64,000 nucleotides of DNA from the human T2T-CHM13v2.0 reference genome, Homo sapiens. The stretch lies in assembly GCF_009914755.1 (NCBI RefSeq), contig NC_060938.1; one strand, written 5' to 3'. The translations under genes were made by a program, and so were the position numbers. Under the pieces are notes generated by a model. That model made no database searches and was not told the origin of the DNA. It saw only the letters and a program-made list of their open reading frames with translations. How positions within the stretch are numbered: the first letter of the stretch is position 1; the number at the start of each line of letters is the position of its first letter. Below, piece after piece: positions 53,007 to 64,000 of this stretch.

Positions 53007-53705
53007 CTAGGCTAAAACAGTAAGGTCAAATTGTTTGGATAAAAAGGCTACAGGGCACGGTCCCGGCTCTTGTGTAAGAACTCTGGCTTGACTGAAGTAA
53101 TGGTGGCTGTCTGTGAAGCCTTGCGGCAGTACAGCCCAGGTAATTTGCTGAGCCTGATGGGTGTCAGGGTCAGTCCAAGTGAAAGCGAAGAGAGACTGGG
53201 ATGAAGGGTGCAAAGGAATAGTAAAGAAAGCATGTTTGAGATCCAGAACAGAATAATGGGTTGTGGAGGGAGGTATTGAGGATAGTAGAATATATGGGTT
53301 TGGCACCATGGGGTGGATAGGCAAAACAATTTGATTGATAAGGCACAGATCCTGAACGAATATGTAAGGCTTGTCTGCTTTTAGGACAGGTAAAATGGGG
53401 GAATTGTAAGGAGAGTTTATAGGCTTTAAAAGGCCATGCTGTAACAGGCAAGTGATAACAGGCTTTAATCCTTTTAAAGCATGCCGTGGGATTGAATATT
53501 GGTATTGAGCTGGATAAGGGTGATTAGGTTTTAATGGGATGGTAAGGGGTGCATGATCGGTCGCCAAGGAGGGAGTAGAGGTGTCCTGTACTTGTGAATT
53601 AAGGTGGGGAGATATGAAGGGAGGAGGTGAGGGAGGCTTTGAACTGGGGAGAAGGGAGGCAGTGAGGTGTGGCTGTAGCCAAGGAATAGTCAGGGAAGCA
53701 GACAA
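53007..53705 (-). pseudogene. pol: HERV-H pol remnant: reverse transcriptase lacking the YxDD region
   Basis: SPYNSPILPVLK...YSVLDLKHAFFTIPL...FAFTW...LPQGFTDS joined directly to the tether sequence VLTQEPGP..PVAFLSKQ. Confidence 0.92.
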
Positions 53706-53720
53706 TTTGATTAAAATGTC

Positions 53721-53945
53721 TCAGCCTAATAAGGGAATTGGGCAGGTGGGGATAACTAAAAAAGAGTGCATAAAAGAATGTTGTCCAAGTTGGCACCAGA
53801 GTTGGGGAGTTTTAAGAGGTTTAGAAGCCTGGCCATCAATACCCACAACAGTTATGGAGGCAAGGGAAACAGGCAGTTGAAAAGAAAGTAATGTGGAGTG
53901 GATAGCCTCCATATTGATTAAGAAGGGGATGGACTTACCCTCCAC
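53721..53945 (-). pseudogene. pro: HERV-H protease remnant with a mutated active site
   Basis: FLINMEAIHS in place of FLxDTGA, plus VVGIDG and C-terminal PIPLLG. Confidence 0.88.
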
Positions 53946-54099
53946 TGTAAAAGTTACCCAAAGCTCGGCGTCCTTTATGATCCAGGGGCTTCCGAGGCGA
54001 TCAGGTAGCGTCAGTCTTCAGCCGCTAAGCCGAGAAGATCTGGGAAGGAGTCAGTCAGAGAGCCTTGGGCCAGAGTTCCAGGGGCTCTAGAAGTGGCTA

Positions 54100-55300
54100 C
54101 CAGGTGAGTTGAACAGTCCGATTTTCAGTGGGGTCCGGCAGAGATGGGACATGGCTTAGGAGGAATCCCAGACTTTGGGCATTCCTTGGCCCAGTGGCCA
54201 GATTTCCTGCACTTGTAGCAAGCTCCTAGGGGATGAAGTTCTGGAGGAGCCCCTGGCAGCTGCGGTTCAGGCATTTGGAGTTGTTGTGTGCTGGAGATGT
54301 GGCTGGGGTTTGTCTCACAGTGGAGGCAAGGAATTGCAACTCAGAAATACATTGCTACTTGGCTGCCTCTACTCTATTATTGTACACCTTGAAGGCGAGG
54401 TTAATTAAGTCCTGTTGTGGGGTTTGAGGGCTGGAATGTAATTTTTGGAGTTTTATTTAATGTCAGGAGCAGATTGGGTAATAAAATGTATATCAAGAAT
54501 AAGACGGCCTTTTGACCTTTTAGGGTCTAGGGCTGTAAAGTGTCTCAGGGTTGCTGCCAAATGAGCCATGAACTGGGCTGGGTTTTTCATATTTGATGAA
54601 AAACAGCCTAAAAGCTAACTGATTTGGGAGAGGTCGGATAAAGAAAAAGGAGCATTCACCTTGACTATGCCTTTAGCTCCAGCCACCTTTTTAAGAGGAA
54701 ATTGCTGGGCAGGTAGGGGAGGGCTAGTCACGGAACAAAACTAAAAGCAGGACTGGGTGTGAGGAGGGGAGGTGATAAAAGGATTATAGGGTAGGGGAGC
54801 GGAGGCTGAGGAAGAATTGGGACCTAGCTCAGCCTGGTGAGGAGCAGCTGGGGAGGAGGAGAGAGGTCAGATGGGTCTGTAGTAAAGATTAGCAAGACTC
54901 AGCGATGCTTGGGGTCAGGACTGAGGGGAAAGGCAGGAGGGAAAGAAGGAAGATTTGAGATGAGTTGCATTGGGAACAGAGACTAGGGAGGGACCGATGT
55001 GTAAAAGAATGCCTAGACGTCAGGCACCTCAGGCCATTTGCCTATTTTATGACAAGAATTATCTAGATTTTGTAGGATGGAAAAATCAAAAGTGCTGTTT
55101 TCTGGCTATTTGAAACCACTGTTGAGTTTGTATTGGGGTCAAGTGGTGTTGCAGAAGAAAATAAGACACTTAGATTTTAGGTCAGGCGAGAGGTGAAGAG
55201 GTTTTAACTTCTTGAGAACAGAGGCTAAGGGAGAAGAGGGAGGAATAGAGGGTGGAAGTTTGCCTATAGTGAAAGAGGCAAGTTTAAAAAGAAGGGTAGA
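54100..55300 (-). pseudogene. gag: HERV-H gag remnant
   Basis: CCHC knuckle CYKCRKSGHWAKEC at 54179-54220, followed by a broken second knuckle (CPISAGPH*KSDC). There is no long ORF, and the boundaries are approximate. Confidence 0.8.
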
Positions 55301-55692
55301 GACACGGAGAAGGGGGTGGGGAGCAGCCCTGGGCTGCAATGTGGGTGAGCAGCCAAAGCAGGCATCCCCGCAACTGACTTGCCACCAAGGGAATGTGGGT
55401 GAATGATCAAGGCAGGCGTCCTCACGGAGATCAGACACCAATGGAATGTGGGTGAATAATCAGAGAGGTGTCCCCGCAATGATTAAACACAAAGGGAAGG
55501 CTGCCTTCCTGAGTCAGTGACCGGCACCGGAGTTTTGGGTCCATAGATAAAATGCATCTCCTTTGTCTCTACCAGAAAATGAAAGGAATTGAAATTAACG
55601 GAAGAGAGAGATTGAAGTGTGGCGCCAAGATTGAAAGGAGAAAGAGGTTGAGGGATAGTGAGAGGGGCTGGAGAAGACAGTAAAGAGAGGCT

Positions 55693-55701
55693 GCTTACCG
55701 G
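55693..55701 (-). promoter_or_regulatory. HERV-H major splice donor
   Basis: Minus strand TTTTAAACCCG|GTAAGC, about 145 nt downstream of the 5' LTR. Confidence 0.75.
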
Positions 55702-55824
55702 GTTTAAAATTGGTGAGATGTTCTTTAGGCTGGTCGGTCTGAGCACCAGAGGTCGTAGGTGGATCTTTCTCATGGAGTAAAAAGCAGGAGGACAGGGGAG
55801 TGATCTCCTAAGGGAGGTCCTCCA

Positions 55825-55842
55825 ATACAAGTCACAGCACCA
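55825..55842 (-). other. Primer binding site, tRNA-His
   Basis: TGGTGCTGTGACTTGTAT versus the His PBS TGGTGCCGTGACTCGGAT (3 mismatches), 2 nt after the 5' LTR. Confidence 0.9.
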
Positions 55843-55844
55843 AA

Positions 55845-56205
55845 TTTCACTTGTGTCCGTGTGAAGAGACCACCAAACAGGCTTTGTGTGAGCAACAAGG
55901 CTGTTTATTTCACCTGGGTACAGGCAGGCTGAGTCCAAAAAGAGAGTCAGCAAAGGGAGATAGGGGTGGGGCCATTTTATAGGATTTGGGTAGGTAAAGG
56001 AAGATTACAGTCAAAGGGGGTTGTTCTCTGGCGGGCAGGGGCGGGGATCACAAGGTGCTCAGCGGGGGAGCTTTTGAGTCAGGATGAGCCAGGAGAAGGA
56101 ATTTCACAAGGTAATGTCATCAGTTAAGGCAGGAACCAGCCATCTGGATGTGTATGTGCAAGTCCCAGTGATATGATGGCTTAGCTTGGGTTCAGAGGCC
56201 TGACA
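55845..56205 (-). promoter_or_regulatory. HERV-H 5' LTR (LTR7), 361 bp; proviral promoter
   Basis: TATAAAA at 55975-55981 (minus strand) and GC/GT boxes. It has only one U3 repeat core. Confidence 0.95.
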
Positions 56206-56250
56206 GTAACCTGCTCACAAAGTGGTCAGGCCCACCAGAGACAGCACACT

Positions 56251-57129
56251 TGTCACCCAAAAAACTGGGGTTGGTTTGCCTGGCGAGTAACAAAGACTCC
56301 ATGAGAAGGCAGAATTGATGGAGTTTTATTACTTGGCCCAAGTAGAAGGACAGTGGGAGTATTGTTTAAAGCAGTGTCTCACCTAGGGAAACTGACAGGA
56401 GGATCTCATGGGATGATGGGGAGGGGAGAAAGTGCAGCATCAAATGTAGAGCAGGATTCCAAGTTGGGCAGAGGCAGTGGGTCATCATGCCAGCATACGG
56501 GTCACATGTTATGGTAATGAAGCTGTCTTAGTCCATTCTTATGCTGCTAATAAAGACATACCTGAGACTGCATAATTTATAAAAGAAAGATGTTTAATTG
56601 ACTGACAGTTCTGCATGACTTGGGAGGCCTCAGGAAACTTACAATCATGGCAGAAGGGGAAACAAACATGTTCTTCTTCACATGGCAGCAAGGAGAATGA
56701 GTGCCCAGTGAAGGGGGAAGACCCTTATAAAACCATCAAATTTCATAAGAACTAACTCACTATCATGAGAAAAGGATGGGGGAAACTGCTCCCATGATTC
56801 AAGTATCTCCACCTGGTCCCTCTCAAGACACATAAGGATTGTGGGAACTACAATTTAACATGAGATTTGGGTGGGGACACAGCCAAACCATATCAGAAGC
56901 TATAGCTCTTCCAGGGGTAGATACTTTATTATGGTCACAAGGAAACCTTATTCAGGTTCATCTATAAGCTGCCAGGGTCTGTCAGGAGCTGGTTCCAACT
57001 AACAAGGTGACCACATTCCACACAGGCTTTTGGAAAAACAGGCTGCAGGGCAGAAGGTTGTAAAACAGGATGATGGCTTAAGTTGATTAACTTCCTATAA
57101 TCCCTGGAGACCCTCCCTCTCTGCTTACA
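56251..57129 (-). mobile_element. Old ERV solo LTR (~500 bp, family not determined) interrupted by THE1
   Basis: TG...CA termini, a 4-bp TSD CACT (56247-56250, 57130-57133) and a minus-strand AATAAA near 56325. Confidence 0.7.
56524..56895 (-). mobile_element. THE1 (C/D-like) MaLR solo LTR
   Basis: The minus strand starts TGATATGGTTTGGCTGTGTCCCCACCCAAATCTCA. 5-bp TSD GAAGC at 56519-56523 and 56896-56900. Confidence 0.93.
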
Positions 57130-60100
57130 CACTCACTTCTGGCAACATAGCCTTCAAGAATTGAGCAGATTCCACTGTTAGAGAGTTCTTCGTTAGTCTA
57201 CACTACACTGATTTCCTGCACCTCCCTTCTATGGCTCCTATTTAACCTTCAAAGACTTAGAAAACAAATGATATCATTGATCATAAGTGCTTCTGAGTCT
57301 GAGTTTATCTTCTTGAGGCTAAATGAGACCAGATCTTTAACTGATTCTTATGTGGTATGATTTTAAATCCCTCTGCCTCTCTCTTTGATGTCTCTGAATG
57401 ACTTGGCCTTTCTATTTAAACAGTCCATGTAGCAAGGGTGACCAAGACAACCATAATCCCATACTTGCGTTTACTCTTTGTGCTCAGGATGACTCTTTCT
57501 GTGGGGTTTTTTGCACTTACGTATCAGACCTCACGAAGTTCATCAAGATAGAAAAGACACTCCTTAATTAGGTTAATATTTTATTTATGTTGCATTCAGC
57601 CCCTGGTCATGTCTGACAGAAGTTCTATTTACAATCTCACCAAATACCACAGAGTCAATCAACAGGACATAAATTTACTTTTCCAAAAGATGCTATTTGA
57701 ACGAGATTTACATGTAAAAGTTTGTGTTTGCATTTCTTTGCAGCCTCCCTTCCTGATTCATTCTCTCAGGATGACCCTCTACAAGAATATCAGCTTACAC
57801 AAGCTTCCCCAAGGTTTCAGGATGTTACTTTTTCTGCCCCTTCTGTGCAGATTAATAGTCTTAAAAAAAATAAGAAGCAGCGTGTCTGGAAAATGACTGA
57901 ACCAGAAGTCAGACAACTCATTATTGCAAAACTACAACTACTACTTATCCTCCTAAAAGGAATAATGGCATAGTATGAATGAGAGCCAGAATTTAGGAAG
58001 GCTCTACTAAGTGTTTGACACCATTAAACCCTTTATATTTCCTACCTCCAACCACCAAAACAACCTCATTGGGATAGAGGATGATTTGCTTCTCTATGAA
58101 GCATATTCATAAAGCAGGAATGAGTAAATAGGAAAGCTGTGTGTGTAATGCACAAGAGAGAATTGGTTCATGTGAGATTTAATTTTCTCTCTATATTAGA
58201 TTTTACACAGTGAGTAACAGCAGCTAAAAAAGTGCACTAGTCCAGTGGGTCACAGCAAGCTGGTGAAGAGAACAGTCCTGTACTGATGCTTGCTCTCACC
58301 CTGGTGTTTGTCTTGACTCAGTTTCCGCATATGCTCTTTCTTGGAAGGGCTTATGTCCAGGTTCTCCCCAATCTTGAAACATTTTGTCCTTATCTCAATT
58401 CAGCAGCCATAATCTTTCCTTACACCTGCTTTCATGAGGAACTTTCTCTGTGTGTTACAGGTAATGAACTAAAGTTACTGTAGAATGCTTTTATTAACAT
58501 TTAACACCTTTCTTTAAATGGCACTATCATTTTTGTTCATATTTTTAGGGGGTTGGCGGCAATGTTACCTACCTTTTGAGTTGTTAGGTCTCCGTGTTGT
58601 TTCTGCCATAAGCCCTGTTATTTTTGGTGTGTGATTTTGCAGAATGCAAGCGTTTTCAGGAGTGCATATATCATGTCATAGCAGGAAGCTATTCAGTGAG
58701 GACACTGCTGCTCTCAGAGGTCAGGGAACATCACAGGACCACACAGCTGGGAAGTTCTTTGGGCTTAATCTAAGCCAGGTACTTCTATGTGTCCATGCCG
58801 TCTCTGCAACCCTCATGGCCAGGGTCATCCAATGGTGTTGTTACTTTTTTATGCCCTATGTCCTCAGGCAAGAAGACATTTATCATACTGAATTTATAAA
58901 ACAGTAGCCAGTACTTCCATTTCCCTGAAGCCTCAAACCAAATTATGAAAGAAAAAGAATTATGTAAAAATAAATACTTTAATAGTAATATAAATAAAAT
59001 TCAGACAGAATGCAATACCTTGTAACTTATCTCTTCCTAGATGCTTAGTTTATGGGAAACATTGTGTAAAATATGCTGTGGGCAGAGCCTAGTACATAAT
59101 AGATGCTCAGTAAAATAGTATTATAACTAACATTTGAATCTAAGAGACTCTACTGATACTTAATACTTGAAATAGGAAGTAAATCAACAGTATTCCTCAG
59201 TGTCCCCCAGATTCTGTCTTGGCTAACCCAGTGAAAACTGCTTTCTTCAACACACATACACTCACACACACACATACATATACACACACTTATTTACTTA
59301 TATTAATGCTAAAAATTATCGATATAAACCTCCCCTGATTACTGTGACCCTGCTTTGTGAATGACACAAAATAAGCCTCAACCTTTGCATTGGTACCTCC
59401 TAAATTAAGAGGCATTTTTTAGTCTTAGAGGAGAATGTGTCTTAAATGTCTTAAAATGTGTAGCTTATGTTTGCCTGTTTTTGCATGTTACCTGTAAATG
59501 AATGACTGTATATATTTTCTCCCCTGTCTAGTGCCTCAAACCTCACACATGAAGCCAAATGTGACTTTCTGTGTGAATGGACATGTGCCTCGAGATTACG
59601 ATCCAGTGAAAAGAAGCAGGACTTCTGGACAGAAGGACTCACAAGCACCGTGGGACCAGCTGTTGGTCTCTGGGGCCAAATCCTGCTTTCAATTTTTGCC
59701 AGCTTTTCTGCCTGGGGTACATTCTATCCCATCCTTTCTCAAAGCCTCAGTTTCCTTGCCTCAACACAGAGACTCATTGTCTCTTCCCTGCAGCAATTTT
59801 TGTGGATTAAGTGAATGAAAGGACGTGAATTAAAGAACATTAAAGGATGTTCTTTGGGCTATGGAGGGCTATTGGAACATAAGGGATGAGGGTGAGAATG
59901 AGATAAACAATCATTATGTAGAGTCATCTCCCCATGCCATGGGCACGTGTGATGTGGTTTCAAGGCATCATCATGTAGTCACTTGTTGGTATGTGCTGGA
60001 AGGGAGTGCTGTCACCTGCTTCTGTGTGAGCATGTGTTAGGTATAGCGTTATTCTTTACAAGTGACATGGACACATGTCCATGCAAGGAAATTAATGTTC

Positions 60101-63100
60101 TCATCACAACTGACTCCTCTGGCAGGAACAAGTGGTTCACATGCCAGCAAGAACAGAGATGGCAGAGAGGGGTCACAACAGGGGGTGACGTGATCTCCAT
60201 GGAACTACGAATCTATCTCAGCACCACGTTTCAGTCAAGAGAAACACGATGAATCTCTCTTGCTCCACAGTGACCCAGGAAGACAGGGAAAATCCACCAG
60301 TGAAGGTGGCAAACATTCCAAATCCAAGGATGCGTCCAAAGATATGCCCCATCCTCTAAGTCCTCTGGGGACTGCTTTCATACTGGCAGGTCAAGTTAAT
60401 AAACTCTTTGGAGTCTTTGCAAGGGTTCATGAGAAAAATGACTGTGGAGCATCCCAGGCCACATCTTGGGTGCTTGACATAATGGTGACCCTGTCAAAGT
60501 TACATGACTCCACCGCCAGACACCTCCCTTCCTTTCCAAAAGCCCCTCCTCTCTTCCCCGTTCATCCTTTCTCAGCCTACTCAGCATTGACTGGGCCTTG
60601 GGAAGTCCCTACCTCTCATAACGTTGAGGCTCATTAAATAGGACCCAGTTGGTGGGTCAGAATGCCTCGTCCTGTTAATCAGGAAGACAACAACTGTTTA
60701 TTGTCAGGCTACTATATTAGGTGTTGATAGAGTCGATGAGTAGGTATTAGCAATGTTATTTTACAGGTAAGAAAACAAGGGCTCAAGGCAAAGTCAAGGT
60801 TAAGGCTCAGGTCACAAATGAATTCTTTATGACTGTATTTAGTATTTATATATGAGTATCCACCACGTGCTGACACCTGTGCTGGGTGCTGGGGAGTCAG
60901 CAGTCTCCATGCTGGTGGTGCCACACCCCAATGGAGCTGGCTTTCAAATTGTCCTTGAAGTGCTCCACAGGCACCACGGTCAACACGTTCTGTCTCCCAT
61001 GGGTAATATTTGCTTCAAACCGGCACCATCTGGTTGTCCAGGAAGTTCTCCAGGAAAAGTAACTCTTATAAGAACACTAACCAGCATCTGACTTAATCCA
61101 AGGCTTATGAAATATTAGAGTTGGAAGGAGCCTTAGAAGTAATTTAATCCACTGTTTTGTGTTGGTTCTCCCAAACTATCCTACTCTGAACCACTGGGGT
61201 TTCTTGGAAGCCCTCGGGCATCTTGAAAGCAAGTGATAGTGGTGCTACAAGGTAGGGAGCTGGGCCAAGAGCAAACCCCACCTCAGACACATCCTCACAT
61301 GCACAGCCCCCACTTCAAAGAGAAGAGTCCTACTGTTATGTGGCTCTCAGGTTAGTCTTCCAGGATTGCCTTCTTTTGAACCAGCCTTCTCTACCTTTCT
61401 ACCTTCTCTACCTTCTACCTTCTGTACTTTTACACACCCTGAAAAAAGTTCGACACCACTGATCTAGCCCCACCCTTTTTTGGACTGATGACTCAGCTGA
61501 GGCCAGAGTTTTTATATGGCCCTCCCCAGGCTATACAGTGGGTTCACTGTAGAGCTGGGGTCCTCATCCCCTGACAGCTGTGTTTCCACTGCAGAGCATG
61601 ACCTGTCATCAGTGAAAGCTTAAAGAGCAATTACGAATCCTCAAGTCATATCATAGAGCTCACAGTGGCCTTCCCCAGGCCCAGAGGGCCAGGGCATCTC
61701 ATTCCATCAGCCACTTGGCCAGGCACAATAGTTCAATGGCAGAGAGAACTGGTAGAACAATAGACTCTGTCAAATAAATGAAGTGGAGATGGATTTCATG
61801 AGATAATGACCTTATTCTCCTTGGGAAGATTAAAAAAGTGCCTAAAAAGCTTGGCTGCAGACCCAGAGGCTCAATGTTATTTCATTTCAATGTCTTGTCC
61901 ACACCATGTGTCATTCCAGGCCACTGAATGAGCTCAACAATCGTTTATGTTTCCAAGAATCTCAGTGTCTACTGGAGCAAACAGGCTTGTCAAAAGAAGA
62001 CACTGAAGAGGAGAGGTTAAGTCTTTGGGGAAAGGGAGCTGGGAGATCTTTATAGAAGGGGAGTATCTCCACTGGGTTATATTAGAATAAGGGGAAGCTA
62101 AATGAAATACACACACAAATGCACACAATCAGTAAACTTTGTTGTTCTTTGTTCGTTGAGTCTTTGCATCTGCAAAATTGGTTTGGAAATTGCAAAACCA
62201 CGGGGACCGAGCATGCAAAACCATGGAGACTAAGCATGCAACCCCACAATCAGCCTATGGATTCATTCTTCATGGATGATCAGATGGTGTGGCTTTCACA
62301 ATTTTTAGTAGCAAGTACCAAAGCCCTTCCTTTCTTGTTGTGAATCTAACTGGGGCTTTCTATGTGCCCCCAAAAATCTTAGTCTCTTATGGGGAGGTGG
62401 AACCTAAAGAAAGCAGATGTCTTTTTTTGAGCCAGCAGTTTCTTGGACAAGGTGAGAGTTTGTCCCAGGGAGCTGAATGTTCCAAGGAGACTGCATTCAT
62501 CACCCACCCCTCTGAAACCAGAGCTGTTTGTCTTGAGTCAGCATTATATGGCTGTGCTTGCTATACAGTTTTGCTTTAAATAATAGTTCTAGCATTAAAA
62601 ATAATTTAACATTTTGAAATTGCAAAATTATCTCCTCACAGCATTTGACTTTGCATTCAACAATGTTCAGGCATTTACCAAATGCCAATAATTGCCACTT
62701 CATTACTTCCTTAATTCTTGCTCCATCTCTGGGGCTCAGACAAAATCCATCCTTTTATCAGAGTTGGAGACTGGGGCTCCTAGAGGAAATGGTTTCATTG
62801 ATGAATCTCAACATCACAAGTGAGAGACCCCAAACCCCAAATCTTTGATTCAGAAGTCCCTGGCCATGCCACTCTGCCATTAAAACAAACAAGCAAAATC
62901 CCAAGGAAGCAGTATATCTCAAACAAATATGTAGCATCCCAAAGTGGCTGTGTTGAAGGGTGGTAGATATTTAGATGGCCAGGTATTAAAGTGTTCATTA
63001 AAAATTATTAACTGTTATATTATTGTATAGTCTCAGGATGTGCATATTTCTTTTGAACCAAAAGAAATCAAAGCATTTGAACCAAAAGCATAGAAGGGAA

Positions 63101-63441
63101 AGAATGATACAACTCTAGTACATAAAAAAAGAAAAAAAAGAAAAAAGAAAAAAGACAAGAAAAATTCTCCACAATCTTTCTAAGGAGAGCCCACCCTGGA
63201 CCCCATAATGGAGAATGTCTTCCTGGGGAGGCATTGTCTGGCTCCAGCTAAAGCAAGCAGCCTTGTTCTTCCAGAGAAGTCTCCATCAAAGAAGAATGCC
63301 CTGAATGAACAGAGTATCCCAATGTGGTCTCTGGGAGGGACAAGACAGTGCTGCTAGAGGAAATCTAATGGATGCTCAAGACCATGACAGGGAGGCACAT
63401 ACAAAAGCACCATCTGCCAAAGTCACCTGTCTTAGGGCAGC

Positions 63442-63447
63442 GTGTGT

Positions 63448-63480
<33 letters not shown>
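63442..63480 (+). repeat. (TG)n microsatellite
   Basis: Read directly from the sequence. Confidence 0.95.
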
Positions 63481-63612
63481 GTCTTTTTAACCATTTTCAT
63501 CCAAGACCTTGGTGGGTCATCTGCCAAGTGACATTGATGGCACCAGTCATGGCCTCTCATCTCCTACCCCACTTCACTCCCACATATTCAATGAGTCTAG
63601 GCTTAAACATCA

Positions 63613-64000
<388 letters not shown>

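Larger units (their letters stand above)
50422..56205 (-). mobile_element. HERV-H provirus (LTR7-HERVH-int-LTR7), internally deleted, about 5.8 kb
   Basis: Two LTRs beginning TGTCAGGCCTCTGA and ending GTGAAA, a perfect 5-bp TSD GTAAC (50417-50421, 56206-56210), a His PBS, a PPT and gag/pro/pol remnants. Confidence 0.98.

Noticed and set aside
53895-53925. Protease DTG->NME change as locus-specific APOBEC3 hypermutation
   Set aside because: The G>A pattern is suggestive, but similar substitutions are common across HERV-H. It cannot be attributed to this copy without an alignment.
55386-55480. Direct repeats gaatgtgggtgaat
   Set aside because: These are intrinsic HERV-H leader repeats; they are not CRISPR-like or novel.
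59831-59856. 9-bp inverted repeat aaagaacat/atgttcttt
   Set aside because: It is short, AT-rich and expected by chance.
60216-60236. REST/NRSE-like TCAGCACCACG
   Set aside because: Only the left half-site matches; the GGACAG half is absent.

Overview
This is primate (very probably human) genomic DNA that looks intronic or intergenic. It has no convincing cellular protein-coding exon, no CpG island and no RNA gene, and much of it is transposon relics (Alu, L1M, L2, MIR, MaLR LTRs, hAT and Tc-mariner MITEs). The main feature is a two-LTR HERV-H (LTR7) provirus on the minus strand (50422-56205). It has a GTAAC target-site duplication, a tRNA-His PBS, an intact major splice donor and degenerate gag/pro/pol, and it sits in a dense LTR cluster (49807-57129). 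I found no novel multi-gene system. The most unusual signals are fossil DNA-repair and insertion events: (1) an AluSp flanked by a ~225-bp direct duplication that looks like a giant target-site duplication; (2) a deletion junction carrying both direct and inverted templated copies; (3) a 106-bp local templated copy of a neighbouring LTR that predates a nested insertion; (4) a 51-bp U3 asymmetry between the two HERV-H LTRs; and (5) a MER53 hairpin carrying a miR-1302-like sequence. Repeat family names come from recalled consensus sequences, not a database search, and boundaries of old repeats are approximate.
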